Position numbers and translations under genes: made by a program. Below the pieces are notes generated by a model that saw only the letters and a list, made by a program, of their open reading frames with translations, was not told the origin of the DNA and made no database searches. DNA of 64,000 nucleotides, from the NCBI RefSeq assembly GCF_009914755.1, contig NC_060929.1; one strand, written 5' to 3'. This DNA is from the human T2T-CHM13v2.0 reference genome, Homo sapiens. Below are positions 29,348 through 40,349 of this stretch, in pieces; position 1 is the first letter of the stretch; each line of letters starts with the position of its first letter.

Positions 29348-29510
29348 TGTTTGATAAGTTTTGGGGATTGGAGGTATGAGCGGAGAAGTAGAATAAGAAC
29401 AGGATTTGAAATCAGAGAACCAAGATTCCAATGCTAGTGAGGCCATTGTTTTCTTGTGTGTGACAGTATACATTTTTTTTCTCATCTGAAAATGGGTACA
29501 ATAGCATCTA
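29348..29510 (+). repeat. Left arm of a local inverted duplication (MIR-derived plus flank)
   Basis: Reverse complement of ~30218-30378; 34-bp perfect block 29401-29434. Confidence 0.9.
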
Positions 29511-29519
29511 TAGAGATGT

Positions 29520-29695
29520 GTTATCTCACTCACTCCTCATTATACCCCATGCAAAGTAATATTCCCATTTTTCTGATGAGGACACTGAGGCTAAGAGAGC
29601 TTACATATTTGTTCACATTTTTGCAGCTTACAAGTGCCAGACTTGCAAACTGAGCCTTAGTCTGAAAGCAAAGTCAGTGTTCTTAACCATTTAAC
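29520..29695 (-). mobile_element. MIR
   Basis: cccatttttctgatgaggacactgaggctaagagag. Confidence 0.75.
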
Positions 29696-30139
29696 CACTT
29701 AACCATAAGTCTTCATTCAGTACTCCAAACTTAGAAAAATTTGAATAGCTCTGGCAAATCAAATGGTGTTTTCCACAGCTTGACTAGAACTTTCTTGTTA
29801 GTTTAATCATTATTTGCAATTGTTCCTCAAGAAGCAACAATTGTGTTCAGTTTAAGCTTTTCAACATTCTTCATTGTCATGCCATTTTTAAAAAAGTTTT
29901 CATGCTGAGGAAGGTTTTGTTATTTTCAAGGGAAATATGTAGAAAAGTAAAAAACAACAAAAATAAAAGATGTGGAGGCATTTACAGTGCAGGTAATTGG
30001 TCCTAATTTTGTCTGCTCTCAGGTTATGTTTTTGTAGATTGAGCATATTGCTTTATGTTCCATCTGAACAATAGGCTAGAACAATGCTGAGAGTGTCACA
30101 TTTTTCTGAGTGACTGACTATAACACTAGTCTTTCATTT

Positions 30140-30378
30140 CTAATGACAATGGAGAATGTTTACTGGATGCATTCCCACACATTATTTCATTTTACCCTTA
30201 TTACAATCCTGTGGGGGTAAATGCTACTATTGCACCCATTTTCAGATGAGAAAACAAAAGTATATTGTCACATACAACAAAACAATGGCCTCACCTGCAT
30301 TGGAATCTTGGTTCTCTGATTTCAAATCCTATTTTTATTCTTTACCACTCATAACTCAAAATCCAAAATATCCAAACA
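30140..30378 (-). mobile_element. MIR; includes the right arm of the inverted duplication
   Basis: cccattttcagatgagaaaac MIR core; shares private sequence with 29348-29510. Confidence 0.8.
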
Positions 30379-32879
30379 CTTGGGACCTTGTAATAACGAC
30401 TTTGTGTTAATTTGACATTTTTTTCCATTACCTTCTTTTAAGCTTCCATTTGGTTTCTCCTTGTATAGAAAAGTAGTGAAGCTAAGACATGTTAAAATTG
30501 ATCAGGTTGTTCCTCCCCACCCCACAGTACTAAATTAGAAAAAAAAAATTCTTTCTACAAGAAGGTCATAAAAAGCAGGAACAGAGCTTTTCAGATTAGA
30601 ACACAGTGAGTCTAGGGTTGAATCCTATTACAGTCCAATACCATGGAATAGAATGTTTTCCACAGTCAAGCTGTTTTCTCTTTTAGTGGCTTGCTGAACT
30701 ACTCAGAAGTCATCAAGAGAAAGAGCAGTTCATATTTCTGATAAACTGGGGGCAAAAGTACAATTGTTGGACTTTAGACAACTTAGCTAAAGACTTAAGT
30801 TGCAAGAGTTATCTGCTAGGTAGTCATAATGTATTCTATTTTCTTTTATGTATTAAACCACATTTAGTAATATACATAATCTTTATTGAATATGAATTAA
30901 TTCAAGTAGTCATCATTAAAAAAAAGAACTCTAAGTAGGTATTGTTATTATCCCCATTTCACAGACGGGAAAATTGAGACAAGTCAGTATAGACAGAGTC
31001 TTTGGGCACAGACCAGAAACCCTAAAAGAACTCACTCTGTTCTCTTACCCTCAGTGAATTTCCACATCTGAAACATGAAATTAATAACATAATCCAGTAC
31101 TACATTGGGTAGCATGGGACCTGAAAAGAAATCAAATATTTCTCCAGTTTCTTTCTACAAAAGAAATCCATTATTTCAAGAAGCTAATCTAATTTTAGAG
31201 AGAAGCTTTTCACATGTAAAGAAAAAAGACAGAAAAGATAAATTTTACCATAAAATAGAAAATGAATTAAAATGCAATCAGAAATCAAAATGCATGAAAA
31301 AGACAAGAGGCACTGTGTACTATATTACCCACCTGTAGACATAAGTGTTCTGAGTCCTGCAGTAAAGAGAACTACAGACCTTTCTCAGTTTAGAGTTTCC
31401 TTAAGTATTTTATGGATTTAATTAGTATGGAGAGTTTAAAACATCACTTTTCAAACCCATCCAGGGTACTAGTACCCCAAACAAGAAATAGAAAAGAATC
31501 TACAATTAATTAAGCATTGATTCTCTTCAAAAATCACTTCTGAAGTTCAGTAGTTGAACACACAGCTTTTCATTTCTATTTCTTCCCTTGGAACATGATT
31601 TGTTCCAATTTGATTGTGCCTTTCTAATGATGCCACATCACCATGTCTTAATTAACAAACATACAGGATAATTCTGTGCCTGTCTCCTGATGAGAATCTA
31701 GAAAACAAGATAAGAAGATCCAAGACAGTAAAAGATATAAATTGCCAACTTCTAAACTGATGTTGTCAGTGTATGGCTGAGGTTGACGAAGAGTCATTAT
31801 TCTCCTATTACTGGCCTCCTGGGGATCAATTAATTCAACATTTCGCAGGTATCCTAGACAAGAGATAGGAGGGAACCTGCAATTAATTAAACATCTATTC
31901 TTTTCAAAGATCACTTCTTAAGCTCAATATCTGAGCTACATAAACTAAAAGGGAATCGTAATGAAAGAAAATAAAATGTAGTTATAATAGGACTTATGAT
32001 TATTAATGGATTGGAAATTGAATTCACACTGGCAAACTGAGGTAGAGGGCAAAACCTACTCAGTAAAATCAGCCCCAGTTCCTCCATCTCTGGATTAGGT
32101 GACCAAGGCAAGGGTTTTAAGCTTGGTGCTAACATTATTAATTCACTTCGGAAATTTCAAGGGTATCACTCAGTGTCATTTTAGTTATACATAGTGAATT
32201 CTGAGAGTTTCATTCCAAACTCTGTGGGCTGTTCTGAGGTTTAAATAAGATCACAAAATAAGATCATGGACATCCTTTAAAAGCTCTGATGGGTTATACT
32301 AATGCAAGTGATAAAACAACATCCTGAAAATTTCCCTGTATAGACTGAAAATGTGCTTTTTAACTGACAATTATTTTTTAAACTCTTCTTATATCATTTG
32401 GTTAGTGATTGTCTAGTGTCTACAATTAATTTGGCTATGTCTGAACATGGAAAATTAAATGGAGCTTCACAGACACTTACTACTCAGAGATAGCAAGCAC
32501 ATTACTGATTGATTAGCACTGTCTGTCAGGCCAGTTTATTGAGAATTTGAGGCCACATCTGGGCGTGGCATTAATTAGTATTGTCTGACAGGGGCACAGA
32601 ATTGAGTTAGTAAAGCCTACCTGCTGGCTATATGCCTCCTCTGGCCCTACTTCTATTAATTTCTATAATTCAGATGATTGCATATTTCAGGTTTCAGTCT
32701 ACTTAGGAGAAAGCATTTAATGTTTTCTATAAATTAAATCTCTCTTCACTTGATAGCTTAAAATTTCAATACTCTCCTTCATGTCTTTTTCTTCAAACTA
32801 CTCAGATATGCTGTCCTTTACTTGCACCATGTACTTTCCTGACTGTGCCAATGCTTGAGTTTTTCTTTTATTAATATTA

Positions 32880-33075
32880 ACATCTAACATTTCTTCAGTG
32901 GTTATTGTGTGCTAGGCACTTTCCTAAGTAGTTTACATGTATATCTCACTTAATTCTATAGGCATAATCAAAAACTATAATGATCCCCATTTTACATATG
33001 AGAAAACTGAGGGTTATACATGTTATACAATTTGTTCCAGGAGACACCAATAGTTAGTAGCAGTTTAGAATATCC
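32880..33075 (-). mobile_element. MIR
   Basis: tgtgtgctaggcactttcctaag...ccccattttacatatgagaaaactgagg. Confidence 0.75.
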
Positions 33076-33304
33076 CCCTGCCATTTCAGTGGTCCTATCG
33101 TATCTGCCACTTGCTTGATAAAGATTTTCTTGATGTTCCCTACCCACCCCCCACCTCCAAATTTTTCCTTCTGGTGAACACCTCAGTAATACATCTGTTC
33201 TACTTCCATAACACTTATTCACTTAACCTGGAAATATGCAGATCTGTTAATATATGTGCTTATTTTAAAAGCTCTGATGGGTCATACTAATGCAGGTTAA
33301 TAAT

Positions 33305-34220
33305 ATTAATAATATATGTATTTACAAATAATATGCCATGCTAGGTGCTGGGTGCTCAAAAGTGAATATGACACAGTATCTGCCACTGAGTAACTCACAG
33401 TCAGGTAAAGAGGATAGACATGCCAAAAACATGTAATACAGTGGCATAATATATACAATATTTCACACACACAATGCAACTGAAATTCCTGAAAGAAGCA
33501 GATGGGAGGATGTAACATCTGAGCTGGGTATTGACAAGAAGGAAACATAGAGGACTCCTAGTTTTTTGGCTTGAGCATTCGGTCAGAGATGGTATCACAC
33601 CATTCAAAGAGATACAGTATACAGTAAGACAGAATAGGGCTGAATTATGTTTGTCTTGGGATATGTTCAGTATTTGGTATTTTTGAGACATTTAAATGTG
33701 ACCATGCACTTAATATTTAGATGTACAATTCTGAAGCTCAGATAAAAAGTCTGAGGAACTTCAGGAGGTTTAGGAGTCAGCATTTGAGTTATTTGAAGCA
33801 TAGAAGTAAGTAGCTTCACCCGATCACTAGTAAGAGGTGAAAAGCAGTATTATTGATTCTTGTGTAACACACACACACACACACACACACACAAAGATAA
33901 ACTCCATGGCCTATCCTCTTCCACCAAGAGCTTTTTCTCTGCTTCCCTAAGGGACTTGTCTTTCTACTTGAGCATTTGCAATACAGGTGAAGACAGTGAG
34001 GCTAGCAGAACAGAGCCCTGTGAAGCATTGACATGTAAGAGTCAGGCAGAGGAAAATGAGACAACAAAGGACAGAGAAAATGGGCCAGTGAAGAACGAAG
34101 AAAATCAGAAGAGAGTTGAGTCATGGAAACAAAAGCAGACAGCAGTTCAAGAAGATGGAAGCAGTCAATGAATAAGCAATATTGCAAAGTGGTCAAGACT
34201 GGTAAGAATGTATGTGTTAC
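33305..34220 (-). mobile_element. Fragmented L2
   Basis: atatgccatgctaggtgctggg...; tctgaagctcagataaaaagtctg; agaacagagccctgtgaagcattgacatgtaagagtcagg. Confidence 0.65.
33867..33892. repeat. (AC)13 microsatellite
   Basis: Perfect run. Confidence 0.95.
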
Positions 34221-34844
34221 CCATACATACAATATATTGTGTTATAAATATATTGTATTATATTTATACAATGGGTAATAGCCAGAAATGAGAATGAAGT
34301 CATCATTACTATACCCCAAAAAGTGAATGAACCTCACAGACATAATGCTGAGTGAAAGATGCCAGACACAAAAATGTACATTTTGTGTTTCCATTTATAT
34401 AAACTTAAAGAAAGTGGGGCCATTGTGGAACAAAGAAAATTAGTTAAGTAATGGAAACAAAAGCAGAGAGTAATTCAAGAAGAAGGAAGACATCAATGAA
34501 TAGGCAAGATTGCAAAGTGGTCAAGACTGGTAACAATATATATGTACATATGAATTCCTCAGGAGAAAAAAATATAATACTAGATGTAAGCATGGAAATG
34601 CAATGAGCAATGAAAATAGAAAGTAACAACAATAATAAACTATATTAATAACCATAAAATAATAAGAACATTAAGAATAATATATTGTGGAATTCAAAGG
34701 GTATATAGCATGAAAATATATACTTGTATTTTTCTTCTTTTTCTGGTAGTGTGGTAAGTTGCATTTATTGGTTTTCAAATATTTAGTCAACTTTGCTAAA
34801 GGTTCCTGTGTGAATGAGAAACAGAGAAAGAGAAAATGAGAGAA

Positions 34845-36305
34845 AGAAAAGTCATAGACTGATTCTAAAATAATATGAAAACTCAAAGGGATAAGAAGAG
34901 CCAGTACCATATTCTTGAAAGAAGAAAGTTGGAAGATTGACTATAAGTTTCATAATTTATTATAAAGTAACAGTAACTATAAGCATACTGTATTAGCACA
35001 AAAATAGAAATAAAGAGACAAGTGGAATAAAATAGTAAGTCCAGAAACAGGCACTTATACATATGGTTACTTGCTCGATGACAAAGATGGAAGACACTAC
35101 AGTGAAGTAGGGAAATTATGGGCTTTTCAATAAATTATGCTAGATCAATTGGATATCCATGCGGAAAAAATATATCTTAATTTCTATTTCATGCTATATG
35201 GAAAAATTAATTCTAGGTAGAATGTTGATCTAAACAGAAGGTGTAAAACAATAAAGCTTTCGAAGATATCATAGAAGATTATCTTAATCACCTCAAGAGG
35301 AAAAAAGTTTTCTTATGAAGAACTATTTCAAATTTAAGAATGTCACTCATCAAAAATAAATAAATAAAACAAAACAAAATAAAATCCATGAAAAAAGAGT
35401 AAAAGTCAAGCCACAAACTTGGAGAATATCTTTGCAACACATTTATATTACAAGGACTCACAACCAGAATACATTAAACTATTTAAAATCAATGAAAAAT
35501 GGAAAAATGACCAAAAAAGCACTTCACCAAAAAGGATATCCAAATTACCAGTAAGCATGAAAAGGAGCTCAATTTTATTATTTATTAAGAAAATGCAGAT
35601 TAAAACCTCTGTGAGATACCATTACACATCCACCAGAAAGGCTGAAATTAAAAGGACAAAAATTGCAGGGAGGTGGAGCAGTTGGAACTCTTATGCATTG
35701 CTGAACCAATACAACTACTTTGGAGAATGCTTTGGTAATATACATTTAAATTAAAAATGCATACCCTATTATACTTCTAAATATATGCTCAACAAAATGT
35801 TAACTATGTCCAACAAAGGGTATGCAGAATTATTCAAAGCAACAACAACCCTAGCAGCCGAAGCTGGAAACAACACAAGTGCCAAATGCCCATCAACAGC
35901 AGAATGGATAAATATATTCCATATTCTGTTCTATTCATACAATGGGTAATACCCAGAAGTGAAAATGAAGTAACCATTACTATACCCAACAGAATGAATG
36001 AATCTCTCAGACATAATATTGAGTGAAAGAAGCCAAACATGAAAATATACGTTGTGTGTTTCCATTTATATAAAGTTCAAAAACAGGTAAAACTAAATTC
36101 TTGTGAAAACCGAAATCATTGTGAAAGATAGGGAATAATACTGAGACTGGGCTTGATGGACGCTTTGGGGTTGCTTATAATATTCCATATCCTGATGTCC
36201 AGTTTTATGAGTGTATTCATCTTGTACAAATCTATGATAGTGTTGACTTATGATCTGTGTATTGTTCTGAATGTATACTTTCAATTTATTTTTTTAAAAG
36301 AAAAA
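34845..36305 (+). mobile_element. Old L1M (L1MD/L1ME-like) ORF2 3' part and 3' UTR
   Basis: Remnant KMQIKTSVRYHYTSTRKAEIK; 3' UTR cataatattgagtgaaagaagcca...ttccatttatataaagttcaaaaacagg. Confidence 0.8.
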
Positions 36306-36484
36306 AATTGAGTTTGATGAAATTGCCTATGTAGAGTCTAGAAAGTGGAAACCTTGACAGCTAGCAATATTTACAGCCTGAGCAGATGAGGGGGCATTTG
36401 GTAGAGAAATAAGGAGGAAATGTGTATCTATGGTCACTGTGTAATTCATTTCAGCTCTCAGCTAGAGAACCTAGAACAATGCTT

Positions 36485-36620
36485 TTATTCATTTATTCAT
36501 GCAGTAATTCAACAAATACTTTTGAGCACTGACCCCATACCAACTATTATGCCAAACCCTGGGGATACAATATTGAACAAAAAAGGACGAATACTCCTTC
36601 TATGTAGCATTCTACAATGT
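36485..36620 (-). mobile_element. L2 3' end
   Basis: attcatttattcatgcagtaattcaacaaatacttttgagcact. Confidence 0.7.
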
Positions 36621-37390
36621 ACATTAAATTATTATGGGAGGATGAATAAACATAAAGGAATGCTTGAGACTTGGAAGTCCGTTTAATTGGTAGACACTTT
36701 CTTGTTGTTTATTATATACGGACATAGTCATAGGCTGCTTGAAACCAGACATAAATGTCTAGTTTTCTGCACTGAAATTGGACTTTGTGATTTCTGATTC
36801 TGTTATAGATAGAGCTATAAGGTGCATGTTTACCCAATTCTTCAAATTCTGTCTAGTTTTGTTCTTTGTGGTATCTTCAAAATATGAAACATTAACACTT
36901 CTCTCTGGAAGAAAATGAAAACACCATACAATTCAAACTAAATATCATACAGTAGCTCTCTGTATTCCTCTCTCACAGAAATCTCAATTTTGAGATGAAA
37001 GAGTATGAAATTGTGCTTCATGAATACAAATGTAGATAATTACAATAAATGCTCAGCCATCTATTTTTTAACAAGTTATATTTATGCCTATTCATTTTGA
37101 GAGAATCACATATTCCTGTATTTTCCAGCCTCAGTGGCTATGTAAGAGCTCCTTCCAAATCTGTTTTCTAGAGCATCCCAGAGAGTAACATGTTAGTATT
37201 TGTGCTTACATATTAATACAGGAACAATAACCAGCAAGGGCTTGCTCGGAGGTTAAAGAAATATCCAATGAGGGTTTCATAATTATCATCCTCATTATGC
37301 TTTGGGGTTTACAAATTATGATACAATCTTTCATCTTTATGGTACTTTCAACACCATTCTTTCATTTTTATATGAAGCAGCTATTTTTAT

Positions 37391-37391
37391 A

Positions 37392-37442
<51 letters not shown>
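37391..37442. repeat. Compound (AC)9(AG)17 microsatellite within a MIR relic
   Basis: Perfect adjacent runs. Confidence 0.95.
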
Positions 37443-37446
<4 letters not shown>

Positions 37447-37596
37447 GCCTATCATTGAGAGATGTGAGATGCCTAACCCAAGGTCACATAGGTAACTGAC
37501 ACAGACAGCACTGGAACACATAACTTTTATTCTTCAAGTCCATTATTGTTTTTTCTACCACCCCACGTGACAGATTTCTACCACCCAATAGAAATC

Positions 37597-37985
37597 TGTC
37601 ACCGCTTGGGTTTTCTGGGAAGCAGACTCTGAAACAGTTTAATGTACAGGATATTTTACTGAGGAGTGCCCTTAGAATTAACAACTATGAAAGACAAGGG
37701 AAGGAATCAGGATTAACAGAGAGATAAGTTAAGCTATGAAGCAGATTTGATGATATCCTTGGCCAACTCCATGGGGAACCCAAGAACTTCATTTGGCCCA
37801 TCAGAATTACCCCACCATATCGAGAAATGGCCAGATTTTTATATACCAACCTTGATCAGACCATGGATGTAGGCCTTCAGGGAAGAACATTACTTTGGGT
37901 GAAGTGACCCTCTATAGCTGACACAATCCCAGTAGCCCAGACCACAAGTCCTTGCAGGGGAACCTAGAGAGCACATTAGCCTTCT
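37597..37985 (-). mobile_element. LTR33-like ERVL LTR
   Basis: gggttttctgggaagcagactctga...ggagtgcccttagaattaacaac...gggaaggaatcaggatt. Confidence 0.7.
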
Positions 37986-38879
37986 GTTGCTAATCTTACC
38001 AATGGCCTAAGCCAATCCACATGACTCTAGCCTTTCAAACTTCTAACAAGGATGCCTTTTTTTCCCCAAATACTATGAAACTTGCCTGTACAAGTATGTC
38101 CCTGTGGCACAAATTAATTTAGAGAACCAAAAAAATACAGACCACAGTTTATAATCTTGACTCTTCTCTTTAAGCTATACAGTGTCCTGAAAGTTGTCAG
38201 AGCTAGAGAGAATCCCTCTCACTTGAGAACAGAGAATGACCTTCTCTCATCATCTCCATGGGGGCAAGCTGCCTGGCTTTAGTAGTTTGGAAGATTGAGA
38301 GTTTTTGTTCCAAAGAGTAGGGACATGAATGCATTCTGGAAAACTTATCTCCATGATCACAAGATAGAGTTGTCTCCTCTTCTAAATTATCTGTGGTAGA
38401 GTTAGTAGTCAGTCGTGAATTAATCTTCTTTCTAAAACCTTATTATAGTTTCAACCTCTAGTATCTCTTTAGCATGCATCATACATTTCCCCATTGATAG
38501 AAATGACTTTCTTTTATTTATCTTACAAAGTGTCTGAAACTTCTGCTGGAAAATACTGGCCACCATTATTACCATCAAACTTATCATTATAATAACTAAC
38601 AGTTATTAAAAGCTTTCTATATTTTAAACCTTCAGACAGCCTTCACAACAACCTAAATATAGTGGAAGGACATTTATTAGAAGGGTTTGAGATCTTTGGA
38701 AGTATACTGTAGGCAATGGGAAGACCTTGGTTGACACTGGGATAGACATTAGTCACATTCCCCCGCGACACATGCACACATACTTTGCTTTTGGTATACT
38801 TGGGTAGAAACTGCTCAGTGCGTGTTATTTAATATCATGTTTTGGGTAGGTTGACAAGGTAGAAAATAAGAAATCCAGT

Positions 38880-38992
38880 AAGGGTTTCCTGTGGGGTTGC
38901 CCAGTGATGTCACTGGATCTGCTTCATAGCTCAATTTCCCTCTCTGGCCAATCCCATTTCCTTCCCTTCTTTTTACAGGTGCTAATTTTGAG
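38880..38992 (+). mobile_element. LTR33-like fragment, opposite orientation
   Basis: ctgcttcatagctcaatttccctctctggccaatccc...ccttcccttctttttacaggtg is the reverse-complement homologue of ~37675-37785. Confidence 0.6.
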
Positions 38993-39604
38993 ATTATGCC
39001 ACCAATGAGAAACAGAAATAAAAGAAATGTCAAATTACCTACTATTAGGGAAAAAGAAAGAGCTCTAGTGATGAAATTGAAATACAATCCAAAACCCACC
39101 GATGGAATAAAACCATCTCACCAGAAATGGGCACGTGGGAGGGATCCTCAAAATATTCCTCTGAATATTGGTAAGTGTTCTTGAAGACTGAGAGATTTAT
39201 CTATTACTTGATTCCTTTTCTACTGATTAGGACCTTAGGTTTTCCAGAAGTATCTGTAAATTCTAAATATCTACCTTGTCTTTTTTCTCCAAACATCTGG
39301 GCAACTGAATTTTCACAGTGGTATTGATAGTAAAACTTTTCTGCACCTGAACACTTTGTAATTTCTTATTTATGGTTCTGCTCAGCAAAAGACCATTGCT
39401 ACCTTGACCAGAACATAAGAAATCCTGCACAGAAGTCAGAATCAAATTTCATCATTAACATAGAAATTTAAAAAGGGGAAAGGCCAGACTAACATTAATG
39501 GAGCACCCTGAATGTGGCAGTTATTAAGCCAATTATCTGTATACATTATCATCATAAAAACTTTACATTAGCCATCATAAAAACTCAATAATGAATGTAT
39601 TATC

Positions 39605-39962
<358 letters not shown>

Positions 39963-40349
39963 TTAAACAATTAATCAGAAGGTCTAAATTCGTAATCTTT
40001 TGATCCTAAACCCATGACCTTCCTGTTGCCCCACATATGTGACGAAGGAAGACTTCTGAACCCAAATTTCTTTCTTTTTTCTTGGCATTTCTCATTCATT
40101 CCAACAAATTTCACATAATCAAAGGTCCACTCTGTTTTTAAAGTGCAATGTCCCTAAATGTTCATATTTTTTCAACTATTATTTCAAGATGGCTTCACAT
40201 TTTTACTATCTCAATGGTCTCTTCCAGCTAAACAGTAAGTAAAAATAACCCCAAACTATAAACTTTAATTTATAATTTAGTGTCAAAATTGAAAAAAGTC
40301 CACATATACAATTATTTAGTTGGAAAAGTTCTAAATCATTGTCTCTTAA

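Noticed and set aside
29683-29706. Micro tandem repeats (ttaacca x3; also aaataagatca x2 near 32243)
   Set aside because: Ordinary replication slippage
29333-30410. Two similar 'paralogous peptides' (…YCTHFQMRK…ALESWFSDFKS…)
   Set aside because: The similarity reflects the DNA-level inverted duplication of a MIR; there is no evidence of coding function
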